NCBI GenBank assembly: GCA_039679445.1
Contig: JBDKUY010000026.1
Coordinates: 28,523 to 92,522, forward strand
Length of the DNA: 64,000 nucleotides
Source: Methanofastidiosum sp.
GTDB lineage: Archaea; Methanobacteriota_B; Thermococci; Methanofastidiosales; Methanofastidiosaceae
Direction of reading: 5' to 3'
Positions 39,099 to 47,572 of the stretch are shown here, one piece after another; position 1 is the first letter of the stretch; every line of letters starts with the position of its first letter. The notes under the pieces are model-generated. The model was given only the letters and a program-made list of their open reading frames with translations. It was not told where the DNA came from and made no database searches. The translations under genes were made by a program, and so were the position numbers.

Positions 39099-39503
39099 TT
39101 ATTCTTCCCCCTCAAACATTTTTTGAACGCTAAGAGTATGATATTTGTTATATAACACAACTGCAAGTGCCAGCATTACTGAGAGTGTAGATGCTCCAAT
39201 AACAATGTTTGTAAGAACTAATGCAAATGGCAACGAGTATGAAGCGTTGCTTGCAAATTCACCAAATTCTAGTAAATGAGAATAATTTGATGGTGTCGCA
39301 GAAGCGTGAAAGTGATGCATTACCTCAGGAATAAATCCTCCAGGCCTATAACCAATGGTAATCAAAACAAGATTTACTCCATCACCAATCAAGTTAGCAC
39401 CAATTATTTTTTTCAGGATGTTGTCCATCATTAATAGTGCCCATAGCCCTGTTACAATCAGTATGCCTGCTGTAAGGAAAGAAGCTACCTGAAATGGTTC
39501 CAT
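39099..39503 (-). CDS. MrpC/NuoK-like small membrane subunit
   Basis: 134 aa and 3 TM with NuoK-like character (ANLIGDGVNLVLIT). Confidence 0.5.
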   Translation of the reverse strand: MEPFQVASFLTAGILIVTGLWALLMMDNILKKIIGANLIGDGVNLVLITIGYRPGGFIPEVMHHFHASATPSNYSHLLEFGEFASNASYSLPFALVLTNIVIGASTLSVMLALAVVLYNKYHTLSVQKMFEGEE

Positions 39504-39746
39504 TTATTCATCCCTCCCCTGTGTCGTTTTGTAGAGTGCTACTATGAAAAGACCGGGAAGTAGTGCTGCACCTAAAATTGCTTGTACCGCAGCAACGTCT
39601 GTAGCAAGTAAGAAATGGAATATTGCTGCCAACGAAAAACTTTCAAAAGTTAAAATAATAATACTCTTGTAAAGATTTTCCTGTATTATCGCCATTAAAG
39701 CGGACAAAGCTACTGCAAATAACAATATATAATCAAACATTATCAT
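39504..39746 (-). CDS. Small membrane subunit (80 aa, MbhD/MrpB-N-like)
   Basis: Two TM helices in operon context. Confidence 0.4.
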   Translation of the reverse strand: MIMFDYILLFAVALSALMAIIQENLYKSIIILTFESFSLAAIFHFLLATDVAAVQAILGAALLPGLFIVALYKTTQGRDE

Positions 39747-40020
39747 CAGCCTCCGTTAAATCTGCCCAAGATATAGAATGGACTGCTAAAGGCATTAGGA
39801 AAAAATGAGCTAAAGCAGCTAAAATTGCAACTGGATTTCCAAGGAAAATAATAACAAGTATGCATACGACATCCATTACACCTAAAATATGAAGTCTTGC
39901 ATATACTATGTTCTTCCTCTGTCCAAATCTGAAAAGACCTAAAGCAACACCTATAAGACCCATTCCCGCTATTAAATAGAAATAAGGAAGTAGTAGTTCC
40001 ATATATGAATATACGTTCAT
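39733..40020 (-). CDS. MrpG/MnhG-like subunit
   Basis: 95 aa with a YARLHILG motif, corresponding to the MnhG RLHAAGK region. Confidence 0.55.
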   Translation of the reverse strand: MNVYSYMELLLPYFYLIAGMGLIGVALGLFRFGQRKNIVYARLHILGVMDVVCILVIIFLGNPVAILAALAHFFLMPLAVHSISWADLTEADDNV

Positions 40021-40349
40021 TCTGCAATCCCCCCTCTAAAGAATCTAGAAATTATCAATGTTCCTACTGGACCGAGTAGAAGTAAATAAATTGCTATATC
40101 AGAAAAATAAGGAATCCCATACATTTTTCCTACAATCATGAAACCCGTCGCAACACCAATTTCGGCAGCACTCGCACCAGCTAGGGAATTACATACCCCC
40201 CTAAAAGTAGTTACTCTGAGACCAGAAATAATAGCAACGCTGAGTCCTATCAGCATCACGTAAACATAATAGTCTTTAAGTTGGAGATAATGACCGACTA
40301 CCAAGATTACAGCTAAAATCAGCACCAATAAAATATTATTTTTGTTCAT
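40017..40349 (-). CDS. MrpF/MnhF-like subunit
   Basis: 110 aa and 3 TM, in the position after MrpE. Confidence 0.45.
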   Translation of the reverse strand: MNKNNILLVLILAVILVVGHYLQLKDYYVYVMLIGLSVAIISGLRVTTFRGVCNSLAGASAAEIGVATGFMIVGKMYGIPYFSDIAIYLLLLGPVGTLIISRFFRGGIAE

Positions 40350-40667
40350 TTAATCCTCCACCATCTTTTTTATCCATCCCTCAAAAGGAATAACATCTTT
40401 TTGAGTTCTTGGAGAAATAACAGCTACAAGTAATTTCTGCTTTTCTGGAAAGACATCAATAGTCAATGTCCCAGGTGTCAAAGTAATACTGTTTGCAAGA
40501 ATTGTCATAGAAACAGGTCTCTTGAGAACTGTATCGATTTCCATAACTACCGGATCTATTTTCCCATCAACACATTGAATAAAAACGTCTCTTGCAGAAA
40601 CAACGATGTAATATACTAAACCTATAAAATAGACAATACCCCAAAATGGTCTTAGAGCTTTACTCAT
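40350..40667 (-). CDS. MrpE/MnhE-like subunit; first gene of the hydrogenase operon
   Basis: 105 aa with an ITLTPGTLTIDV motif typical of MnhE. Confidence 0.6.
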   Translation of the reverse strand: MSKALRPFWGIVYFIGLVYYIVVSARDVFIQCVDGKIDPVVMEIDTVLKRPVSMTILANSITLTPGTLTIDVFPEKQKLLVAVISPRTQKDVIPFEGWIKKMVED

Positions 40668-40699
40668 TTTTTACACCTTCGGAATTTGAGTAAAAGGTT

Positions 40700-40730
40700 T
40701 ATTTATAGTTTATAAATGTTTCGTCAATCG
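40700..40730 (-). promoter_or_regulatory. Candidate archaeal TATA-box region for the hydrogenase operon
   Basis: TTTATAAACTATAAATAAAC on the coding strand lies about 30-60 nt upstream of the MrpE-like ATG at 40667. Confidence 0.3.
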
Positions 40731-40785
40731 TTAATCAGCGATTTTAATTCTAAAAAATTTCTTGATAATTAAACATATGACTAAT

Positions 40786-40805
40786 AAAAACCTTTAAATA
40801 TAGCC
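40786..40805 (+). promoter_or_regulatory. Candidate TATA box for leuS
   Basis: TTTAAATATA lies about 30 nt upstream of the leuS ATG. Confidence 0.3.
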
Positions 40806-40830
40806 TAAAAACGTGTTTTAAATAAGGTAG

Positions 40831-43662
40831 ATGGTTCTCTTGGAAATCGAAGAAAAATGGCAGAAGAAATGGGAAGAAGCCAGAATTTTTTATTCTGATC
40901 CCAAAAACATGAAAAAATTTTTTGTAAACTTTCCTTACCCATATGTTAATGGATTCATGCACTTGGGCCATTCGTTTTCCCTTATGAGGGCCGAAGTTTT
41001 TGCAAGATATAAGAGAATGTGTGGATACAACACCCTCTTTCCTTTTGGATTTCATGCAACTGGAACACCAATAGTTGCAGCTGCTGAGAGGGTCAGAGAC
41101 GGAGAGAAATTACAGATTGAGATATTAGAAAAGATGGGAGTTCCAAAAGAGCTAATTCCAAAATTTTCCGAACCAGAATTTTGGGTCAGGTATTTTCCAG
41201 AGGAATCAATTAAAGATCTAAAACTCCTAGGTTTATGTATTGATTGGAGAAGAAGTTTCATAACAACTTCGCTAAATCCCTATTATGATAAATTCATCAG
41301 ATGGCAGTTCAACAAATTAAAGGAAAAAAACTTTGTTGTTAAAGGTGAACACCCGGTAACTTGGTGCCCAAAATGTAACAATCCCATAGGGGATCATGCA
41401 AGACTTGAGGGCGAGGGTATTACCCCTGAAGAAATAATCTTACTTAAATTCAAATTTAATGGAAAGATACTGCCTGCAGCCACATATAGAGTGGAAACTG
41501 TTTTTGGTGTAACCAATATGTGGATGAATCCAGACTTCAAATATATAGAGGTTGAAGTTGACGATGAGACCTGGATAATATCACCGATTGCAGCTGAGAA
41601 ATTAATTAATCAAAAACACAACATCAAGATTATTAGAGAATTAGAAACAAAAGAATTGATTGGAAAATCTTGTGAAAACCCTCTGACAGGAGACAAGATC
41701 CCAATTCTTCCTGCAACTTTTGTGTCACCTGAGATAGGCACTGGAGTTGTCATGTCTGTTCCATCACACGCCCCGTATGATTATATGGCATTGAAGGACA
41801 TACAATCAAATCCATCAAAATATGGCGTTTCAGAATCTATTGTCAAAAACATAACTCCAATCTCACTGATAACTGTAGAGAATTTTGGCAAGAATCCTGC
41901 AATAGAAATATCTGAAAAGATGGGGATCACTTCTCAAGAAGATGTCGATAAACTTGAAGAAGCAACTAATATTATTTACAAGAAAGAGTTCCACCAGGGC
42001 ATATTAAACGAGAGAACTGGGAAATATAAAGGAATTAAAGTTTCTGATGTCAAAAAAATTATTGTTACTGATTTTATTAATGATGGCATTGCAGCATTGT
42101 TTTATGAGCTCCCTGGGAAGGTCGTGTGCAGATGCCTTACGCAAGGTGTTGTGAAGATAGTATCTGACCAGTGGTTTTTAGCATATGGAAATCCAGAATG
42201 GAAAGATCTAGCAAAGAAATGTCTAGCACAGATGAATATTTATCCCGAGAAGGCCAGAAAACAGTTTGAGTATGTTCTTGACTGGTTAAAGGATTGGGCG
42301 TGCACAAGGGAGTTTGGACTAGGGACAAAACTTCCATGGGATGAAAAATGGGTAATTGAGTCACTTTCTGATTCTACCATCTATATGGCTTACTATGTTT
42401 TAGCAAAATACTTTGAAGATCCATCCTACAAAATTGACCCAAAAAAACTTGATGATTATTTCTTTGATTATATTTATTTGAAACGTGGCAACCTAGATGA
42501 AGTTTCAGCTAAAAGCGGACTGTCAAAAGAATTAGTTTCAGATATGAAGAAAGAGTTTGAATACTGGTATCCTTTTGAATTTAGGAATAGTGGAAAGGAC
42601 TTAATTCAGAATCATCTTTCTTTTTGTATATTCAATCACGCTGCCATATTCCCTGAAGAGCTGTGGCCCAAAGGATTTGGAGTAAATGGTTGGGTGCTCG
42701 TAGACGGAGAAAAGATGAGTAAATCCAAAGGTAACTTCTATACAATCAAACAGATTGTGAAAATGTATGGCGCTGATGCAGCAAGGATTACCCTAATGAA
42801 TGGTGGAGAAGGCCTTGACGATCCCAACTGGGACAGTGAATTTGCAAGAACTATTACAGACAAATTGAAGAATTGGCAGGATTTCTGCGTTGAAAATTAT
42901 GGAAAAGGCAGAACTGAAAAGTTGTACATAGACAGGTGGTTCTTATCTGTTTTAGATAAAGCGATAAAAGAAACAACTGAAGCCATGAATGATTCCAATT
43001 TTAGGACAGCTCTTTCAAAAGGATTCTTTGACCTCCAAAGAGACCTCAAGTGGTACCTAAAGAGATGTCTTAACTCCCCAAACAAAGAGGTTATTTCTGA
43101 AGTCATAAAAACTCAAACACTGATATTGACACCCTTTACACCCCATATCTGTGAAGAGATTTGGGAAAAACTAGGATTTGAGCCATTTATATCAAATTAC
43201 CCCTGGCCCGAATACAAGAAAGAAATGATTGACAAAATTTCAGAAGAGAGTGAGTACTACATTGAAGAAGTTGTAAATGACATAAGGGAGATAACAAATG
43301 TCCTATCAAGAGGAGAACAGAAGATCCTAGATAGGATTGACATATTCACTGCAGAAAACTGGAAGTGGGATCTTATAGAAGTCATAAAAACAAAAGACAA
43401 TATGGGCGAAGCAATTAAAACCGCGATGGTAAATGAAGATTTCAGAAAAAACGGAAAAGACGTAAATCTCATAATCCAAAGGTGCTTTAAGAACAGATAC
43501 TTCCCAGAAAGGTTTGATGAAAAAGAAGTACTTAACGAAGCAATGGCATTTCTAAAGGAAGAGTTCAAAACAGAAATTAACATAGACCCTCAAGAAGACC
43601 CAGGAAACGATAGGAAAAAGGCACTGCCTAGAAAGCCTGGAATACATATCTATTTTAAATAA
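40831..43662 (+). CDS. leuS: Leucyl-tRNA synthetase (archaeal/eukaryal type)
   Basis: 943 aa with HMGH-like (PYVNGFMHLGH) and KMSKS motifs and a CP1 editing domain. Confidence 0.93.
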   Translation: MVLLEIEEKWQKKWEEARIFYSDPKNMKKFFVNFPYPYVNGFMHLGHSFSLMRAEVFARYKRMCGYNTLFPFGFHATGTPIVAAAERVRDGEKLQIEILEKMGVPKELIPKFSEPEFWVRYFPEESIKDLKLLGLCIDWRRSFITTSLNPYYDKFIRWQFNKLKEKNFVVKGEHPVTWCPKCNNPIGDHARLEGEGITPEEIILLKFKFNGKILPAATYRVETVFGVTNMWMNPDFKYIEVEVDDETWIISPIAAEKLINQKHNIKIIRELETKELIGKSCENPLTGDKIPILPATFVSPEIGTGVVMSVPSHAPYDYMALKDIQSNPSKYGVSESIVKNITPISLITVENFGKNPAIEISEKMGITSQEDVDKLEEATNIIYKKEFHQGILNERTGKYKGIKVSDVKKIIVTDFINDGIAALFYELPGKVVCRCLTQGVVKIVSDQWFLAYGNPEWKDLAKKCLAQMNIYPEKARKQFEYVLDWLKDWACTREFGLGTKLPWDEKWVIESLSDSTIYMAYYVLAKYFEDPSYKIDPKKLDDYFFDYIYLKRGNLDEVSAKSGLSKELVSDMKKEFEYWYPFEFRNSGKDLIQNHLSFCIFNHAAIFPEELWPKGFGVNGWVLVDGEKMSKSKGNFYTIKQIVKMYGADAARITLMNGGEGLDDPNWDSEFARTITDKLKNWQDFCVENYGKGRTEKLYIDRWFLSVLDKAIKETTEAMNDSNFRTALSKGFFDLQRDLKWYLKRCLNSPNKEVISEVIKTQTLILTPFTPHICEEIWEKLGFEPFISNYPWPEYKKEMIDKISEESEYYIEEVVNDIREITNVLSRGEQKILDRIDIFTAENWKWDLIEVIKTKDNMGEAIKTAMVNEDFRKNGKDVNLIIQRCFKNRYFPERFDEKEVLNEAMAFLKEEFKTEINIDPQEDPGNDRKKALPRKPGIHIYFK

Positions 43663-43704
43663 TTCTTTTAATTTAACTAACAGAAATCAATTTATACTGG
43701 TATA

Positions 43705-44319
43705 GTGTTTGACATACCAAGAGGGGAGTCTATGCTAGGAACACTAATACAGCTTGTAATTTTGTTTTTTGTAGTTATTGATCCTCTTGCAAGTTTCTTT
43801 GTTTTTTATGCTACTTCCTCGACGATGGTTCCAAAGGAAAGGCAAAAGACAGGCATCCTTGCTATACTAATTGCTGTTTTACTGTGTTTTTTGGTACTTA
43901 TTTTAGGCCAGCAATTATTGGAACTATTTAGCACAACTCTTGACGAATTCAGAATAGCTGGGGGAATAGTACTAACAATCCTTGGAATAAAGATGGTCCT
44001 TGGCGAACCTCTGATAAATACCCATGAAAAAAAAGAGAACTCAGCTAGAGCTTTGGCCTCTATTATTGCAACGCCCTTAATCACAGGGCCTGCCACAATA
44101 TTTACAATAATCCTAGCAAGTAGCGACTATGGAAAAGTTCTAACAGGTCTTGCTGTAGGGATTGTTCTGCTAATAACAGTTTTATTATTCCTTATGTCAA
44201 ATAAGGTAAAAAAAATATTGGGCGATACAGCAACTCAGGTTGCTACAACTATTCTTGGCCTTGTTACACTCTCTTGGGGTGTAAAGTTCATAATTCTCGG
44301 TATAAAGAATATATTCTAA
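43705..44319 (+). CDS. MarC-family (UPF0056) integral membrane protein
   Basis: About 6 TM with a VIDPLAS motif. The start is possibly the Met at 43735. Confidence 0.7.
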   Translation: MFDIPRGESMLGTLIQLVILFFVVIDPLASFFVFYATSSTMVPKERQKTGILAILIAVLLCFLVLILGQQLLELFSTTLDEFRIAGGIVLTILGIKMVLGEPLINTHEKKENSARALASIIATPLITGPATIFTIILASSDYGKVLTGLAVGIVLLITVLLFLMSNKVKKILGDTATQVATTILGLVTLSWGVKFIILGIKNIF

Positions 44320-44350
44320 ACTATATATTAGCCCAAATTCTCGACTTAAA

Positions 44351-45607
44351 CTAAAGAATAATTGTTGCAACCAGAATCAAAATACTTACACTTGCAATGT
44401 CCATTACGCTTGTAAGTAAAGGTATTACCACATTATCAGGGTCAATATTTGTTCTTATTGAGAAATATGTAAGATAGTATGAAGTTAGCATTGCAGCAAA
44501 TGAAGATATAATGGCTACAAATATGGATAATTTAAGAATTACAAAGAAAGCCATCTGAGGTATATCAAGTAGTGTTGACATCACAAAAGCAATTATGGCA
44601 AGTAATGGGAATAGAATTATTGTAATTGCAAATGTATTGAAGAATTCCTTCAATATTTTTAACTTAGGTAGGAAAGTTATTTCTGCCTGACCTAAGTGAA
44701 AGCTTGTAGAAATTCTAGCCGATAGAATACTCCCAATGTTTCCATTCTCTGCATTAAAAAGAGGAGACAATACAAGCAATAAAGGAAAAATACCTATGAA
44801 CTCTAAGTTCTTGTCAAGAAGTGAACCTGCAAGGGTACTCAAAAATGCGCATATGGCCAGAAATCCCATTGATTCTTTCAATATTTTTTTTGCATAATAA
44901 CTATTCCTTACAGAAAATAATGAGAACATAATTATAATGGCACTAATTGCAAGGCTAGAGAATAACATGAATCCTTTGCTTAAAGAGAAAGATAGTATCC
45001 CAATTGCGAAAAGGGAGGCTACGTTTAAGATGTCCCCAATGGACGCAATCAGCGGAGATGATACATTGTCAGGATCAAGACCTTTTTTAAAAGAGAAAAT
45101 AGATACTAATAGAGTAGTTAAAATAAGACCAATTGCAGCAACAAGGGACGCAAATAATGAAATAAAAAACAGATGGACAAAACCTATCGTTTGATTACCA
45201 ATGAGAAATCCTCCGAGCATTGCAAAAAAAGCGATTACAGTGGCCATAACTACAGTCTGTATAAGGGAAGAATACACGTTTTCTGTTATTAATTTTGAAC
45301 CTCTTAGACTAGGAGTTATTTCACCGGTGTGGAGACCTGTTGAAATCCTTGATCCCATTGAAGCATAGATATTACCTCTCATGTCAATTGTAGCTGGAAG
45401 CATGGTCAATATTCCAGGCAATAAAATCAAGAAACCAATCATTTTCGTGAGATAAATTCCTGCAAAAATATCGGCAAATGCACAGATTATAAGTGCAAAC
45501 ATGCTTTGTTTAATTATTGTATAAAAATCAGAAAGATCCAGTTTCGGGGGCCATGCTACAAATCTCTTTGGAGAAACCTTTACTGGAAAGGTCTTTTTCT
45601 TTTTCAA
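44351..45607 (-). CDS. Divalent-cation transporter with tandem MgtE-type TM modules (SLC41-like), lacking cytosolic MgtE domains
   Basis: Two repeats, each with MgtE-like motifs (MRGNIYASMGSRISTGL and NGNIGSILSARISTSF). Confidence 0.6.
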   Translation of the reverse strand: MKKKKTFPVKVSPKRFVAWPPKLDLSDFYTIIKQSMFALIICAFADIFAGIYLTKMIGFLILLPGILTMLPATIDMRGNIYASMGSRISTGLHTGEITPSLRGSKLITENVYSSLIQTVVMATVIAFFAMLGGFLIGNQTIGFVHLFFISLFASLVAAIGLILTTLLVSIFSFKKGLDPDNVSSPLIASIGDILNVASLFAIGILSFSLSKGFMLFSSLAISAIIIMFSLFSVRNSYYAKKILKESMGFLAICAFLSTLAGSLLDKNLEFIGIFPLLLVLSPLFNAENGNIGSILSARISTSFHLGQAEITFLPKLKILKEFFNTFAITIILFPLLAIIAFVMSTLLDIPQMAFFVILKLSIFVAIISSFAAMLTSYYLTYFSIRTNIDPDNVVIPLLTSVMDIASVSILILVATIIL

Positions 45608-45775
45608 CTACATGCACTCCCCTTTTAAATGCCAATTTATGGATCAGAGATCCTCTTCGCCACAACCGATGACCCAATAAATCGTCTTCTTCCATTTTTC
45701 ATCACTTAATTATAGCCTACATATTTTTAAAATACTTAAAAAGATTTCTGTAAAAATTTCTTTTAAGTATACCTT

Positions 45776-46156
45776 TTGAGTATAAGAATAAGGTTTATAA
45801 ATTTAGGCCGTGATTATAATTTAATGAAGAGAATAAGGCCTTTTATCAAGAACAGCACTAAAGTTAGAGTTCTGACAAGATATCTAAATAACAACAGAGA
45901 AGTAAAGGAATACATGGAGAGAGTTAATCCTGTTTTTTATGAGATTTCGTTTCTTGACTGCTATGTTGAAAAAAGCATAAGCGAAGAGGTCAAAAAAACC
46001 TTGGAAGCATACGAAGGCCTTGAAATAACAACTGATGAAATCAAGGACAACAAATATACATTTTACATAGATAGCAAAGAAGGCGAGCCAATTATCTGGA
46101 TGAAAAATGAAGATCAGAAGATTAGGTTCTCCAAGATACCTGTAGAGTTATCATAG
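45776..46156 (+). CDS. Hypothetical protein
   Basis: 126 aa hydrophilic ORF, possibly starting at the Met at 45827. It precedes the MBL hydrolase gene by 10 nt. Confidence 0.4.
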   Translation: MSIRIRFINLGRDYNLMKRIRPFIKNSTKVRVLTRYLNNNREVKEYMERVNPVFYEISFLDCYVEKSISEEVKKTLEAYEGLEITTDEIKDNKYTFYIDSKEGEPIIWMKNEDQKIRFSKIPVELS

Positions 46157-46166
46157 ATGATATAAG

Positions 46167-46928
46167 ATGAATTCAAAGTTTTTAGGATCCGTAAGGTTAC
46201 ATGCACCTTACCACCCTTCTATAGTCATTAAACTTGACAAAATAGAGTTCAGAGTAGATAGTCCATGCGGGGCAAAAAACGAGAACAAGGTATATCTTTT
46301 AACGCATTTTCACTTTGACCATGTTAGATCATGCATGGCGGGTGGTGCAGACTTTCTAAGCCTTTCTGAAAATCCAATAAAAATCTATGCGCCTTACGAT
46401 GACAGAAAAGAGTATGGTGAAAATGAGAATGTCTTTGATATTCATTCTAAGATGATTAACTTCCACTCTAAAGGAAGAAGAAAACTTGTTCCAATTCAGG
46501 AAAATGAGAATCTTCGATTTAATGGAACTACTATTGTCCCTGTCCCCTTGAAGCATACGGTGCCTAACTTTGGTTATTATATCAATAATCCAGAAACAAG
46601 TATCCTCGTCACAGGTGACTGGGAAGGGTCAAATTACAAGAACAGGCAAAAGATAATTTCTTTGGCACCAAGAGTATTGGTCACAGAGTGCAGATATTTT
46701 TTTGAAGAGGAAATAGAGATTGCTGAGGAAAGAATGCATGCTCATGTTGAAGATGTTCTTGATCTAAAAGAAGAATTAGATAATACGATGATTGTCTTGA
46801 CTCACGTCTCCCATAGATACCGCGACCTAGAAAATATTGTCAAATTAACAAAAGAAAAGGACTTGATTCTAGCAAAGAACATATCGTTTAACAACACCGG
46901 TTACCGTATCAGGGAACGATTCAAATAA
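46167..46928 (+). CDS. MBL-fold metallo-hydrolase
   Basis: 253 aa with an LLTHFHFDH (HxHxDH) motif. Confidence 0.75.
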   Translation: MNSKFLGSVRLHAPYHPSIVIKLDKIEFRVDSPCGAKNENKVYLLTHFHFDHVRSCMAGGADFLSLSENPIKIYAPYDDRKEYGENENVFDIHSKMINFHSKGRRKLVPIQENENLRFNGTTIVPVPLKHTVPNFGYYINNPETSILVTGDWEGSNYKNRQKIISLAPRVLVTECRYFFEEEIEIAEERMHAHVEDVLDLKEELDNTMIVLTHVSHRYRDLENIVKLTKEKDLILAKNISFNNTGYRIRERFK

Positions 46929-47010
46929 TTAGTATAATCTATAAAGAATATTTATTTTTCTAGATATTTGATAACAGTAAAATTTAAATAAAGTTAATTG
47001 AATAGATAAT

Positions 47011-47297
47011 GTTGCACAGGTCGAAACTTCGCTGGTAACAAAGTCTTTCATTCCTTGCATCTGGGCCGCTTAGGCGGATTTGAGTGTCACGCTCCACCCG
47101 CATACAAGGCTCTTGGACAAGGGTATTTCCGGGATGGCTAAGTCTTATCGGAAAATGTTTGAGTCACACTTGAACTTACCCGGTCCATGACATTGAAAAA
47201 ATGTCTCTATCGGACACCGAAAGGCAATAGCCGCTTCGAGAAGTCGAAGCATCCGGCTATGAAAGACCTACTCCTCCGAAGCGACAAACTGTGCATC
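47011..47297 (+). ncRNA. Structured non-coding RNA candidate (about 285 nt), possibly reduced RNase P RNA, or SRP RNA; identity unresolved
   Basis: About 50% GC over a roughly 290-nt stretch, against AT-rich surroundings (33 of 60 G+C in the line 47041-47100). There is no ORF. A terminal helix pairs 47013-47031 (TGCACAG-GTCG-CTTCG) with 47277-47295 (CGAAG-CGAC-CTGTGCA). A long-range 9-bp helix pairs GTCTTTCAT (47043-47051) with ATGAAAGAC (47259-47267). There are several internal hairpins, including one with a GAAG tetraloop. The strand assignment is tentative. Confidence 0.5.
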
Positions 47298-47572
47298 TTT
47301 TTCTTTTTGAATTAAAGTTTTGATTATTATCGTAATATATAGATATTTAGTAAAATCATTCAGTTTAACTTAATAAACTATGATTGCTATTTTATTATAA
47401 ATCCTTGGAAGTAAATCTCATTTTCAAGGGAGTTACTATTTTTTAGGGCCAGAAATAAGATTTCCATAGGAGTATATTTTCGAGAAAAGACAATCAAAAA
47501 TATCACTATTTCCAAAGATTTATAACTTTAAATCCTTAATAACAGTTAAAATAAAAATATTCTAAGGGATGT

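Noticed and set aside
39746-40027. 93-aa ORF in a second frame over the MrpG-like gene.
   Set aside because: It is an alternative frame of the same strand, Cys/Ser-rich low-complexity, and the overlapping frame has the recognisable MnhG motif.
47011-47297. Confident call of archaeal SRP (7S) RNA.
   Set aside because: The characteristic helix-8 sequence (CCGGAAGG...AGCAGC with a short closing stem) is not present. The GAAG tetraloop hairpin here has a 7-bp stem, which is too long for helix 8.
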